Positions 1 to 9,611 of a stretch of DNA of 51,623 nucleotides are shown here, in pieces. The notes beneath the pieces are model-generated. The model searched no databases and had not been told where the DNA came from. It saw only the letters and a program-made list of their open reading frames with translations. The stretch covers positions 1 through 51,623 of the forward strand of contig DATDWU010000046.1 of assembly GCA_035289525.1 (NCBI GenBank). The letters run 5' to 3'. Each line of letters starts with the position of its first letter. Position 1 is the first letter of the stretch. Source of the DNA: Patescibacteria group bacterium. Its GTDB lineage: Bacteria; Patescibacteriota; Microgenomatia; Daviesbacterales; UBA10151. A program made the position numbers and the translations under genes.

Positions 1-67
1 CTCGATGATTATGCTGTAATATCTAGATGGAAAGACTTTAGGTATGTCATAATCTTCGATGTTTTTT

Positions 68-139
68 GGGCCGATAGCTCAATGGTAGAGCAAAAGACTT
101 TTAATCTTTTGGTTCCGGGTTCGAGCCCCGGTCGGCTCA
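68..139 (+). tRNA. tRNA-Lys (anticodon UUU)
   Basis: 72-nt cloverleaf read by eye: acceptor GGGCCGA/TCGGCTC, D arm GCTC-AATGGTA-GAGC, anticodon arm AAAGA-CTTTTAA-TCTTT, T arm CCGGG-TTCGAGC-CCCGG. No encoded CCA. Confidence 0.9.
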
Positions 140-148
140 CAATTAATG

Positions 149-172
149 ACCAGTCTTTGAGACTGGTTTTTT
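149..172 (+). terminator. intrinsic terminator after tRNA-Lys
   Basis: Hairpin ACCAGTC-tttga-GACTGGT followed by a T run. Confidence 0.6.
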
Positions 173-199
173 AATATCCGATTTGCTAAACTATAGGTT

Positions 200-871
200 A
201 TGGCAAAAAGAGAGAGAATTTTTTTGAGTGATGCGCATAAGGATTTATATCCTGTGGTCCTGAGAGCTATCCCTACCCGAAGAGATGTGCCTCGCATTAA
301 GCCGGAGGTTCCGGCTGAAGCCTTTTTTCCTGAGAATTTTGATCAATTATATGAAGAAAGGCATGATTACCAGGCCAATAGAAAAGTTTTAATAAGAAAT
401 CCTTTTTTGCAGGCATTATATAGAGGGGATTTAGGACGAGAAACTGTGAACTTCAGAACTTACGTTCATGGTTATATATTGCAGGTATTGAGAGGAAAGC
501 TGGATGAGACCGGGATGGTGTTTAAAAGCAACGATTATCCTTACGATCTTCCGCCCGATACTGCACATAATTTATTATGGTATAAGAAGGGTGTTTCCCG
601 ATACGATAGAGCTATGTATTTGAGTTCGCTTTTTGCTATGGATAATCTGACCGAGGGGGATTTTATAATTTACAGGAATCCGGTTTGGGAAAAATCTGTT
701 CTGGACATTGAGCATGATCACATTTATACAAGGATTAGAGATGCCGGCATTTTAAATCCCTTCCCTTCAGTAGCACAGATTCATTTGGCAATGATTGGAG
801 CTCCTGGTTACACAATTGATGGCCTCTTCCGGCATTTTGCCCAGAAGTCCCCGTCCTCAGTGGAAAATTAG
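200..871 (+). CDS. hypothetical protein (Arg-rich, NDYPYDLPPDTAHNLLWY motif)
   Basis: Uninterrupted 223-aa ORF. No family recognised with certainty. Confidence 0.55.
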   Translation: MAKRERIFLSDAHKDLYPVVLRAIPTRRDVPRIKPEVPAEAFFPENFDQLYEERHDYQANRKVLIRNPFLQALYRGDLGRETVNFRTYVHGYILQVLRGKLDETGMVFKSNDYPYDLPPDTAHNLLWYKKGVSRYDRAMYLSSLFAMDNLTEGDFIIYRNPVWEKSVLDIEHDHIYTRIRDAGILNPFPSVAQIHLAMIGAPGYTIDGLFRHFAQKSPSSVEN

Positions 872-898
872 TTAATTTGAAGTATAATTTCAACCTAG

Positions 899-1855
899 AT
901 GAATTGGGTGGATATTGTAATTATTCTCTTGCTCCTTTTCTTTATTTACGAAGCAATAGGGAGGAATTTCTTAAGCGAAATTTTAGATGCAGCCTCTTTT
1001 ATAATTGCCTTCATTGCTTCTTTGCGGTTTTATAATGAATTCGCCCAATTTTTTACTGCCAATTTCCAAATACCTAACTCCCTGGCTAAAATTTTTGGTT
1101 TTTTAATAGTCTGGTTTTTAGTCGAAGCGGTTTTTTTCGGTGCTATCCACCTGATGCTTTTTAGGCTGCTCAAAGTTATCAACTTGCCCAGATGGCTTAA
1201 TCATTTATCAATTATTCCGGCTTTCTTCCGGGGCTTAATTTTCATCTCAATTATCCTGGTCCTTTTGGGGACATTTCCAATCCAGCCGAAAATAAAAAAA
1301 GATATTCATGATTCAAAACTTGGTTCGCAAATACTAAGCCAGACCTACCGGCTGGAAGGGCCTTTAAAAGGAGTTTTTGGGGGCATAACAGAGGATACTT
1401 TTACCTTTTTGACGATTAAGCCCAAGAGTAATGAAACCGTCAATCTAGGTTTTAAAACCCGCGAATTCTCGCAGAACCCGGAATTTGAAAATCAGCTGTT
1501 CGGCTTAGTCAACCAAGCCAGGAGAGCCCAAAATTTGCAAGCTTTAACAGTGGACGAATCCCTGGCCGGGATTGCCAGAGCTCATTCTGCCGACATGTTT
1601 ACCAGAGGTTATTTTGCCCATAGTTCACCTGAAGGGAAAAATGTCGCTGACCGGGCAGCCGAAGCGGGCATAATATACCTGGTTATCGGAGAAAATCTGG
1701 CTTATGCGCCTTCGGTAGAACTTGCTCACAAAGGATTAATGGAATCGAAGGGTCACAGGGAGAATATTCTGTCCCCCGAATTTAAAAAAATAGGCATAGG
1801 TATAATGGACGGTGGAGTTTATGGTTTAATGGTAACGCAAGTTTTTTCAAACTAA
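899..1855 (+). CDS. CvpA-like membrane domain fused to a CAP/SCP (YkwD-like) domain
   Basis: Four hydrophobic N-terminal helices. The C-terminal stretch ARAHSADMFTRGYFAHSSPEG...GENLAY...GHRENIL is typical of CAP domains. Confidence 0.75.
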   Translation: MNWVDIVIILLLLFFIYEAIGRNFLSEILDAASFIIAFIASLRFYNEFAQFFTANFQIPNSLAKIFGFLIVWFLVEAVFFGAIHLMLFRLLKVINLPRWLNHLSIIPAFFRGLIFISIILVLLGTFPIQPKIKKDIHDSKLGSQILSQTYRLEGPLKGVFGGITEDTFTFLTIKPKSNETVNLGFKTREFSQNPEFENQLFGLVNQARRAQNLQALTVDESLAGIARAHSADMFTRGYFAHSSPEGKNVADRAAEAGIIYLVIGENLAYAPSVELAHKGLMESKGHRENILSPEFKKIGIGIMDGGVYGLMVTQVFSN

Positions 1856-1858
1856 ATT

Positions 1859-2467
1859 ATGAGTGTTAGAAAAAGTCTGGTGTTGGGGTTGGTGTTAATC
1901 CTAAGCGTAGCTTTAAGTTCTGTTTTAATCTGGCACGGCTTAAATCTGGATCAGGAAGCCGCACAGCCCCAGGTATTAGGTAATAAGACGGAAGAAAGTC
2001 TGCCTTCTTTTAAATCTCCGCCCGATTCGAGCGCTTCATCGAATATTCAAATCAATTCTTTCTTAGTAACTAAAGTTATTGACGGAGACACCATTGAAAT
2101 AAAAACTGATGGAGAAATGGCAAAAGTGAGGTTGATCGGAATTGATACTCCGGAAACGGTTGATCCCCGCCGGCCGGCCGGCTGCTTTGGTAAAAAAGCC
2201 AGTGATGAGACAAAAAGGCTGTTAACGGGTAAAGAAGTGATTCTAACAAAAGATGTTTCAGAAACAGATAAGTATAAACGGCTGCTCCGTTATGTTTATC
2301 TGCCGATGGGAGACGGAAAAAATCTATTTGTTAACGATTATCTGATCAGGCAGGGATTTGCAAAAATCCTGACTTATCCGCCCGATGTTAAATATAACCG
2401 GCGGTTTTTGGAGGCGGAGAAAGAAGCCAGGGATAATTTAAGAGGACTTTGGTCGGAGTGCAAGTGA
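1859..2467 (+). CDS. secreted thermonuclease (SNase-like)
   Basis: N-terminal signal/anchor, then VIDGDTIEI and VRLIGIDTPE motifs. Confidence 0.8.
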   Translation: MSVRKSLVLGLVLILSVALSSVLIWHGLNLDQEAAQPQVLGNKTEESLPSFKSPPDSSASSNIQINSFLVTKVIDGDTIEIKTDGEMAKVRLIGIDTPETVDPRRPAGCFGKKASDETKRLLTGKEVILTKDVSETDKYKRLLRYVYLPMGDGKNLFVNDYLIRQGFAKILTYPPDVKYNRRFLEAEKEARDNLRGLWSECK

Positions 2468-2471
2468 AAAA

Positions 2472-2500
2472 TTTACAATTGACAATAGACAATTTACAAT
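2472..2500 (+). promoter_or_regulatory. sigma70-like promoter abutting the start codon
   Basis: TTTACA, 17 nt, TACAAT, then 6 nt to the ATG at 2507. Confidence 0.45.
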
Positions 2501-2506
2501 TAATCT

Positions 2507-3049
2507 ATGGATAAGAAATTCTGGTTCCAGTTGTTCGGTCTGGTTGCGGTGATTTTGCTGGCTACTTTTCTCGCCTTTAATAGAAAGTATCTGATACCTT
2601 TAACCAGCCAGCTAATGAAGCCCACCGGGCAGGGAATCCAGGATCAGAGCAAACAGACACTGAAAATTCAGGATTCTCAGGGTAATCTTAAAGCCCAAAT
2701 AAATTTGGAACTGGCTGATACACCGGATAAGCGGAGCAAGGGTTTAGGTTACCGTGACTCCCTGTCAAGCGGTTCGGGAATGCTCTTCATTCACGATAAA
2801 ACTCAAAAGTATGTTTACTGGATGAAGGGTATGAAGTTTCCCATTGATTTTATCTGGATTTTGGATGATCAGATTGTCGATATTAAACCTGATGTTCCTC
2901 CCCCGATTGCCGGTCAAACCGATGACACGCTGGAAAGATATGGTTCGGTTTTACCGGTCAACAAAGTCCTGGAGACAAATGCCGGTTTTGTCGAAGCCAA
3001 TAATATTCAAAAAGGCGATAAGATAATAGTTGAAAATAAATCTAAATGA
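2507..3049 (+). CDS. DUF192 family protein
   Basis: KGLGYRDSL..GMLFI...YWMKGMKFPIDFIWI pattern after an N-terminal anchor. Confidence 0.7.
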   Translation: MDKKFWFQLFGLVAVILLATFLAFNRKYLIPLTSQLMKPTGQGIQDQSKQTLKIQDSQGNLKAQINLELADTPDKRSKGLGYRDSLSSGSGMLFIHDKTQKYVYWMKGMKFPIDFIWILDDQIVDIKPDVPPPIAGQTDDTLERYGSVLPVNKVLETNAGFVEANNIQKGDKIIVENKSK

Positions 3050-4460
3050 TATGCTGATTTTGCCTTTAAAATTTATCAGGGAAGAAGATAAAAAAGCAGT
3101 CGGAGTAAATCTTTTTAACCTGGCTAAACTTAATCATACCGGAGTTTCGGTTGTTGAGTCGGTAGTGGCTGTACCTCCGGTTGAGATTTTTGAAAAAGTA
3201 CTCGCTAAATACCGTAGGAATTATCATAACTTAAAAGACCAGATCGGTAATTTAAACAGGTCAATTTTGGAGCTGGAAGTTCCCGAAAATCTCAATGATT
3301 TTAATCTGGTGAGTATCCCGGGGAATAAAACACTCACGATAAATATACTTAAGTTGTGGAACAATCTGTTAGAAAAGTGGGCGAATGAACTTATTTCAAA
3401 GATTGAACGGGGAGAGGTCAATCTTCTCGAATTTACACCGCAATTAATTGTTTTTTCATCTAGTTTCTCGGCGACGGGTTCGGGTTTTTTTGACGAGGAC
3501 CGGGGACACGTTGTTATCAATATAGACAAAGGAAAGCCGGAGTTTAGGGAATCCGAAGAAATCGAAAACCTGATATTGCTCGGAAACAGAAAGTTACTTC
3601 TGCCGCAAGTTTTTTATTGGGTTATTGAAGAGGGCAAAATCAAAATAATAAAAATCTTACCTTTTACCCAAAGCGTTTCAAAGAAAGATACTCAAAGCGA
3701 AGTTACTTCATCCGAAGTAAAGAAAAATCCCGGTCTAAAAACAGTAACAAAAATTTTTCTTGATTATGACGGTGGGGTTTTGAATGATCTTAACTGCGAT
3801 GGTGTATTCTTTAAAGTTGATAATGTTAATGTTGAGGCAATTAATGAAAAAATATCCCGGATCCTAGAAATAAAAAGTGATATGAAAATGGTTTTATATC
3901 CGGATTTTAATGACTCCTTAAAGAATTTGGAATTTGCCAAATCGTTCCTTTTTTTCCGGAACAAGAAAAAATTAGATGTTTCAATTGTCCTGCCCAGAAC
4001 GTTTTCAAAAGACGAGTTTATCAAATTAAAAACCGATTTTGCTTCGGTCGGGATATACAGTAAGGGCAGTCTGAAAATTTGGAAGGAATTTTCAACCGTT
4101 CAGGATTTTTTGAATTCTGATGATTACTTGGAGGCGGGCTTTGACGGGGCACTGATTGATCTTGATAAAATTGTCCAGACAGTTACCGGTGTCAGTCCGG
4201 AAATTTTTTTGTCGGAACCTAAAATTGATCAAATAAGTGCGCTGGAAAAATTCTTTAAAGAGGTTAGTTTTACCAAACTGATCAAAAACAATAAGCTGAT
4301 TTTAATAACAGGTAAATCAATCCAAAATGAAGAAATTTTGAACTATTTTATTAAGTCGGGAGCTTGGGGGATTTCATTTCCAAAAAATATTATTGAAGGA
4401 TTTAGAGAACATATCGGTTTTCTGGAAAAGCAGGCAGTCAAAAAACTAATCCGTAATTAA
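3030..4460 (+). CDS. hypothetical protein, possibly with a PEP/pyruvate-binding (PPDK N-terminal-like) domain
   Basis: 476-aa ORF. The N-terminus (KAVGVNLFNLAKL..GVSV..VAVPP) resembles an ATP-grasp PEP-utilising enzyme. The TTG at 3030 may be replaced by the ATG at 3051. Confidence 0.4.
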   Translation: MKINLNDMLILPLKFIREEDKKAVGVNLFNLAKLNHTGVSVVESVVAVPPVEIFEKVLAKYRRNYHNLKDQIGNLNRSILELEVPENLNDFNLVSIPGNKTLTINILKLWNNLLEKWANELISKIERGEVNLLEFTPQLIVFSSSFSATGSGFFDEDRGHVVINIDKGKPEFRESEEIENLILLGNRKLLLPQVFYWVIEEGKIKIIKILPFTQSVSKKDTQSEVTSSEVKKNPGLKTVTKIFLDYDGGVLNDLNCDGVFFKVDNVNVEAINEKISRILEIKSDMKMVLYPDFNDSLKNLEFAKSFLFFRNKKKLDVSIVLPRTFSKDEFIKLKTDFASVGIYSKGSLKIWKEFSTVQDFLNSDDYLEAGFDGALIDLDKIVQTVTGVSPEIFLSEPKIDQISALEKFFKEVSFTKLIKNNKLILITGKSIQNEEILNYFIKSGAWGISFPKNIIEGFREHIGFLEKQAVKKLIRN

Positions 4461-5120
4461 ATTAAGTATAAGTACGTATTCTCCTTTGGGATTTTTTAGT
4501 TGTTCCAGGATTTGCGTAACTTTTCCATATTTAACTTGCTGATGAATTTTGGTTAGCTCTTTGGCCAGAGAAATTTTCGGATCATCCAATTCTGTTTTTA
4601 TCTCCGTCAAAGTTCTGACTAGTTTATGCGGAGCAACAAAAATAACAAATGTTGCAGGAATTAATTTTGAAATTTCTTTTAGATTTTGAAGCTGGGTTTT
4701 TCTTTTGCCTTCTTTTTCCGGTAAATAGCCGATAAACATAAATTTATCCGGCGGTAGTCCGGATAGCGTAAGTGCTGTAATTACCGATGAAGGTCCGGGC
4801 AGAGAGTCAATTTCCAAACCATTCTCAATTGCTGATCGGACAATTTTAAAACCCGGATCCGAAACAAGCGGTGTTCCGGCATCGGAAACTAAAGCTAAAT
4901 TTTTTCCTTCGCGAAGTTTAGTTAAGATAAAATCAGCTGATTTATACTCATTGAAATCATTAAGTACAACCAATGGTTTTTTTATATTGTAGTGGCTCAG
5001 CAGTAAAGAAGTTCGGCGCGAATCTTCACAAATAATTTCATCGCATGACTGTAAAACTTCCAAGGCGCGCAAGGTGATATCTTTTAAATTGCCGATAGGC
5101 GTTGGTATTATTGTTAACAT
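4446..5120 (-). CDS. rsmI: 16S rRNA (cytidine1402-2'-O)-methyltransferase
   Basis: LTIIPTPIGNLKDITLRALEVL...ICEDSRRT...SDAGTPLVSDPG. Start trimmed to the ATG at 5120 (the ORF track gives 5144). Confidence 0.85.
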   Translation of the reverse strand: MLTIIPTPIGNLKDITLRALEVLQSCDEIICEDSRRTSLLLSHYNIKKPLVVLNDFNEYKSADFILTKLREGKNLALVSDAGTPLVSDPGFKIVRSAIENGLEIDSLPGPSSVITALTLSGLPPDKFMFIGYLPEKEGKRKTQLQNLKEISKLIPATFVIFVAPHKLVRTLTEIKTELDDPKISLAKELTKIHQQVKYGKVTQILEQLKNPKGEYVLILNLITD

Positions 5121-5123
5121 ACA

Positions 5124-5633
5124 ATGATTAGAAGTATATCTCAAAGCTACTGGAATATCATTTATTCTAAAAATCAGGGAAGTATTGTAGTTTGGCTTTT
5201 AATAGGAGTATTAGCTATTTTTATATCCGGATCAACAGTTTTAGTGCTTAATCAAATTTACCCTCAAGCGTCAAAAATGAATGCAACTTCTACAATTGAC
5301 AGCCCTATTCCTGTGGCTTCGCAAGAAGAAATTCAGCCCCGGGAAACAATTGCAACCAGTCCTGCAAAGCTGGAAGTAAAAAGTCAGGAGGGGGTTTGTG
5401 AAGAAGCAGGAGGACTTTGGACTGAAGGACCACTCTCAGGAGAAAAATTTTGCAATGAAAAAATGGCCGACGCCGGTAAAGAGTGCAGTGACTATTCAGA
5501 GTGTCAAAGTAGTATGTGTTACTCGAAGCAGCCTGATGGACCGGGTCAATGCGGTGAATTTAGAGTTAACTATGGATGCTACTATAGATATTATAAAGGT
5601 AAAATAGCACCAGTGCAGTTATGTGGTGACTAA
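5124..5633 (+). CDS. membrane-anchored Cys-rich secreted protein
   Basis: N-terminal TM helix and eight Cys in the last ~75 residues. The start lies 3 nt from the divergent rsmI start. Confidence 0.5.
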   Translation: MIRSISQSYWNIIYSKNQGSIVVWLLIGVLAIFISGSTVLVLNQIYPQASKMNATSTIDSPIPVASQEEIQPRETIATSPAKLEVKSQEGVCEEAGGLWTEGPLSGEKFCNEKMADAGKECSDYSECQSSMCYSKQPDGPGQCGEFRVNYGCYYRYYKGKIAPVQLCGD

Positions 5634-5635
5634 AG

Positions 5636-6268
5636 CTATTTAGCGTATTTTTCTTTTACGATATGATAAATTGCCGGAGCAACAGAAGCTAAGATAATAA
5701 ATGCAATGATAGGTAATAAGTATTTATCAACATCAGGGATAACATTGCCTAAGAAATATCCCAAAAAGCTCATCCCGATAGCCCAAAAAAACGCCCCAAC
5801 TAAATTATAGGCGACAAAAGTCGGATATTTCATACTGCCGATACCGGCAACAACAGGCGCAAATGCTCTGATAACCGGGATAAAACGGGCCAAAATAATA
5901 GTTTTTCCTCCGTGTTTTTCATAAAAGGACTCAGCTTTTTTAAGATGGTCTTTGTGGAATAATAGAGAATCTTCTTTACTAAAAAGCCTTTTTCCGTATT
6001 TATGGCCAATGGCATAGCCGATACTGTCGCCTAGAACCGCAAAAACAAATGAACCTAAAGCCAAAACCCAAATATTAAAAAATCCCTGGGAGGCTAAAAA
6101 TCCGGCGGTAAATAGAAGTGAATCACCGGGAAAGAAAAAACCAACCATCATTCCGGATTCAAGGAAGACGATCGCAAAAATACCGATCAAGCCGATTGCC
6201 TCGATAACCGATCTTAAATCCCCGTGTAACAAATCTCCGATTTCAAAACCCATTAAAGTAGTGTACAA
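5636..6268 (-). CDS. DedA family membrane protein
   Basis: FLESGMMVGFFFPGDSLLF...GYAIG.KYGKRLF...ILARFIPVIRAFAPVVAG. Confidence 0.85.
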   Translation of the reverse strand: MYTTLMGFEIGDLLHGDLRSVIEAIGLIGIFAIVFLESGMMVGFFFPGDSLLFTAGFLASQGFFNIWVLALGSFVFAVLGDSIGYAIGHKYGKRLFSKEDSLLFHKDHLKKAESFYEKHGGKTIILARFIPVIRAFAPVVAGIGSMKYPTFVAYNLVGAFFWAIGMSFLGYFLGNVIPDVDKYLLPIIAFIILASVAPAIYHIVKEKYAK

Positions 6269-6356
6269 AAAAAGAAGAAATTAATAAAGATTCAGATTAT
6301 AGTTATTTGCAGAAAATGGCACAAAATTAAAAAAAGAACAAAGAACCTCAAAAAAA

Positions 6357-6932
6357 TTAAGATCTTCTTTGAGCTAACTCGTGAGAAGTAGGTATGAGCT
6401 TTGTTCCAGCAATAGCTAATTGACGAGTAAGCCTGGCTGTTGCAAGACTATTAGGTTCAAAAGCATCATTATATAAAGCCTGCCTTTCAGCATCCCTAAG
6501 ACTAAACCTAACGCCCGCTTCAGCTTTTAGGGGATTAAAAGTTGCTCTTAAAGAATGAGGCCTGCGATAGCCAAATTCCAATACTAATTCATAATCTGGA
6601 GAAGGGCCAATTAAGTCTCTGGGGTAAAGTCCTTTTCCTGTAAATTCAACTCGGGCAGATCCATCTGCTGCATGAGCTTTTAGCAAGGTGCCTATTAGTC
6701 GTATAGACGGATCTGCATCATCCCTAAGCCTGGAAGTCTGTCTTAAAAGAGAGGCTCTTTTTGTATCTTCTTCTGTCACCTCGGTTGAGGTTTTTAAAAC
6801 TTCTTCTGTTGCTTTTGCTGCAGCTTTAAGTTCTTCTCGAATAGGATTCAGTGAATCATCAATTAATTCTTCAGCGTCAAAATCAAACAACGAAATTAAA
6901 AGTCCTGAACCTCTAAGTTCTTTAATTAACAT
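6357..6932 (-). CDS. hypothetical protein (Arg-rich orphan)
   Basis: 191-aa ORF with its own near-consensus promoter. No family recognised. Confidence 0.5.
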   Translation of the reverse strand: MLIKELRGSGLLISLFDFDAEELIDDSLNPIREELKAAAKATEEVLKTSTEVTEEDTKRASLLRQTSRLRDDADPSIRLIGTLLKAHAADGSARVEFTGKGLYPRDLIGPSPDYELVLEFGYRRPHSLRATFNPLKAEAGVRFSLRDAERQALYNDAFEPNSLATARLTRQLAIAGTKLIPTSHELAQRRS

Positions 6933-6938
6933 GCTTGG

Positions 6939-6967
6939 AATATAATATTTTAAATTTTGGAAGTCAA
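6939..6967 (-). promoter_or_regulatory. sigma70-like promoter, leaderless geometry
   Basis: On the minus strand: TTGACT, 17 nt, TATATT, then 6 nt to the ATG at 6932. Confidence 0.5.
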
Positions 6968-6970
6968 CAA

Positions 6971-8227
6971 TTAAATTTTAGAAAAATCTAAAGTTGCAAA
7001 GTAATCGTCTAAAGTTTCAGCTCTTCGGATATGTTCCACAAATCCATCTGGTTTTAAAAGTAGTTCTGCCGAGCGGAGTTTGCCATTATAATTAAATCCC
7101 ATTGAATAGCCATGAGCTCCGGTATCGTGAATGACTATTATGTCGCCGATCTCTATTTTTGGTAATTTTCTGTCGATCGCAAACTTATCATTGTTTTCGC
7201 AAAGCGAACCGACCACATCATAAGTTTCTGTTTGCGGTGCGTCTTCCTTTCCTAAGACGGTTTCATGGTGATAAGCGCCGTACATCCCCGGACGCATTAA
7301 ATTGGCCATGCAGGCGTCAACACCGATGTATTTTTTATAAGTATCCTTAGTGTGGATTGCTGTTGTAACCAAATATCCGTAAGGACCGGTTATTACCCGT
7401 CCGCATTCAAGGACGATTTTAAGAGGAGCAAGACCATTTTTAACAACTAATTCCTGGTATAGCTTTTCGATTTCTTTTGAAACAAAATCTAAGTCAATCG
7501 GACCCTGTTCCGGTCTATATGGAATTCCAACACCTCCTCCTAAATTAACAAATTCAAATCTGATGCCGACTTCTTTTGAAATCTCAACTACCAATTCAAA
7601 GAGCATTTTGGCAGTTTCTACAAAGGCATTTCTGTCTGTTTCATTAGTGGCTACCATGGTGTGAAGACCGAATCTTTTAACTCCTTTTTCCTTCATAATT
7701 TTATAGGCTTCAAATAATTGTTCTTTTGTTAATCCATATTTAGCATCTTCCGGATGACCAATCATGACGTTGCCTTTATATTCTCTTAAAGGTCCGGGGT
7801 TATACCTGAAGCAAATGATTTCAGGAATGCCGGCAGTTTTTTCTAAGATGTTAATATGAGTGATGTCGTCAAGATTAATGATTGCGCCCAATTCATAAGC
7901 CTTCTTGAATTCCTTGTAAGCCGTGTCATTTGAGGAAAACATGATCTCCTCGCCCTTAAACCCCACTTTTTCACTCATCACAAGTTCTGCGAGAGACGAG
8001 CAGTCAACTCCCATGCCTTCTTCTTTTAAAATCTTTAAAATATAGGGATTGGGGCAAGCTTTAACGGCAAAATAATTTTTAAAATCTTTCATCCAGGAAA
8101 AAGCTTGATAAAAGTTCTTTGCATTTTCTCTGATAGCCGCTTCATCATAAATATGAAACGGAGTAGGATAGGTTTTAATAATTTCTTCTATTTTGGATTT
8201 ATCAAAGGGAAGTTTTAGATTTTTCAT
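6971..8227 (-). CDS. lysA: diaminopimelate decarboxylase
   Basis: Group IV PLP decarboxylase pattern (YAVKACPN, GGGVGIPY, CENND). Last gene of the DAP operon, with a 4-nt overlap with dapL. Confidence 0.85.
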   Translation of the reverse strand: MKNLKLPFDKSKIEEIIKTYPTPFHIYDEAAIRENAKNFYQAFSWMKDFKNYFAVKACPNPYILKILKEEGMGVDCSSLAELVMSEKVGFKGEEIMFSSNDTAYKEFKKAYELGAIINLDDITHINILEKTAGIPEIICFRYNPGPLREYKGNVMIGHPEDAKYGLTKEQLFEAYKIMKEKGVKRFGLHTMVATNETDRNAFVETAKMLFELVVEISKEVGIRFEFVNLGGGVGIPYRPEQGPIDLDFVSKEIEKLYQELVVKNGLAPLKIVLECGRVITGPYGYLVTTAIHTKDTYKKYIGVDACMANLMRPGMYGAYHHETVLGKEDAPQTETYDVVGSLCENNDKFAIDRKLPKIEIGDIIVIHDTGAHGYSMGFNYNGKLRSAELLLKPDGFVEHIRRAETLDDYFATLDFSKI

Positions 8228-9417
8228 ATTTTTAGATTCTTCTTAATGGATTTAACAGCTTTTTCGATGTTTTCCCTTTGGCCAAAAGCCGAAAGCCTGA
8301 TGTAACCTTCTCCTTTTGAACCAAAACCAGCTCCAGGGGTAGAAATAACATGACACTCATTTAAAAGTTTGTCAAAAAAATCCCAGGAACTTAAGTCGCT
8401 CGGGGTTTTGACCCAAATGTATGGGGCGTTCTCTCCGCCAAAAACCTTGAGTCCCAAATCCTCCATGGCTTCCTTAATTATTTTGGCATTAGCCATGTAA
8501 TAATTAATCAGTTCCCTCGATTCTTTTTGTCCTTGTTCTGATAAAACCGCTATCGCGCCTTCCTGAACGATATTGGAAGCGCCGTTAAACATCGTAGTCT
8601 GTCTTCTGTTCCAAAGCGCGTTTACCTCACCAGGCTCAGTCCCTTCAATAACCAGATCTTTAGGCACAATAGTCCATCCTATACGGACTCCGGTAAAACC
8701 GGCCATTTTTGATAAACTTTGAATTTCAACGGCACATTTGTTAGCGTTTTCAATTTCATAAATACTTCTCGGCAATTCGGGATCTGAAATATACTCAGAA
8801 TATGCGGCATCAAAGACTATAACCGCCTTATTTTCTATCGCGTAGTCTACAAAAGTTTTTAATTGTGCCTTAGTTGCGACGGCTCCGGTGGGGTTGTTAG
8901 GCGAACAAAGAAAAATAACATCAACTTTTTCTTTAGGAACATGCGGTATGAATCCGTTTTCCTTCGTGCAATCCATCAAAACCACTTTTTTTCCGGCAAC
9001 GATGTTGGAATCTTGATAAACCGGATAAACCGGGTCAGTGATTGCTATAACCGAGTTGTCTGCAAAAATTGAAGTAATATTGGCCGAATCGGGCTTTGCA
9101 CCATCCGAAATAAAAACTTCAGTTGGCTCAAGCTCGATTCCCCTTTTACTATACCAAGCAGCAACTGCTTTTCTCAAAGAGGTATTTCCTTGCTCATCAC
9201 CATAGCCGGTATAAGTTTTAACATCAGCTAATTTATCGACTCCTCTATGTAAAGCTTCTAGAACTGATGGGGTCAATGGTAGAGTAGTGTTACCGATTCC
9301 AAGTTTTAATAATTCCACTTCAGGATTCTTCTCTGAAAAAGTTTTAGCACGTCTGGCTATCTCTGAAAAGAGATAGGTCTTTGGAAGCTTATTATAATTT
9401 TGATTAATTTTAGCCAT
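8224..9417 (-). CDS. dapL: LL-diaminopimelate aminotransferase
   Basis: MAKINQNYNKLPKTYLFSEIARR..., NPTG, SLSKMAGFTGVRIGW. Start trimmed to 9417, because the ORF-track extension translates palindromic repeat DNA. Confidence 0.85.
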   Translation of the reverse strand: MAKINQNYNKLPKTYLFSEIARRAKTFSEKNPEVELLKLGIGNTTLPLTPSVLEALHRGVDKLADVKTYTGYGDEQGNTSLRKAVAAWYSKRGIELEPTEVFISDGAKPDSANITSIFADNSVIAITDPVYPVYQDSNIVAGKKVVLMDCTKENGFIPHVPKEKVDVIFLCSPNNPTGAVATKAQLKTFVDYAIENKAVIVFDAAYSEYISDPELPRSIYEIENANKCAVEIQSLSKMAGFTGVRIGWTIVPKDLVIEGTEPGEVNALWNRRQTTMFNGASNIVQEGAIAVLSEQGQKESRELINYYMANAKIIKEAMEDLGLKVFGGENAPYIWVKTPSDLSSWDFFDKLLNECHVISTPGAGFGSKGEGYIRLSAFGQRENIEKAVKSIKKNLKI

Positions 9418-9425
9418 ATTTTGTT

Positions 9426-9591
9426 GCCGCTTTGGCCGCAAAGCGGCGGAAACTCTCTCGCTTGAGAACGATTTGCTAAAATCTCCGCTCAACTAATCGG
9501 GGAATGGCACCCCTTCTGCCTTTCTCCGCCAGCTGGCGGATTCAGCAGGCTTCCCCTGATAGTCTCGCTACGATTTTTTAACGCAACTGCG
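9426..9591. repeat. intergenic block of short palindromes
   Basis: GCCGCTTTG-gcc-GCAAAGCGGC, TCCGCCAGCTGGCGGA (9525-9540) and AACGCAACTGCGTT. The 16-nt palindrome recurs at 20848-20863. Confidence 0.6.
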
Positions 9592-9611
9592 TTCAAAGCT
9601 CGAATTTATTT

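Noticed and set aside
5118-5126. Divergent rsmI and 5124 gene start codons only 3 nt apart.
   Set aside because: This is unusual, but it depends entirely on start-codon choice for two genes with alternative starts. It is not strong enough to report as a finding.
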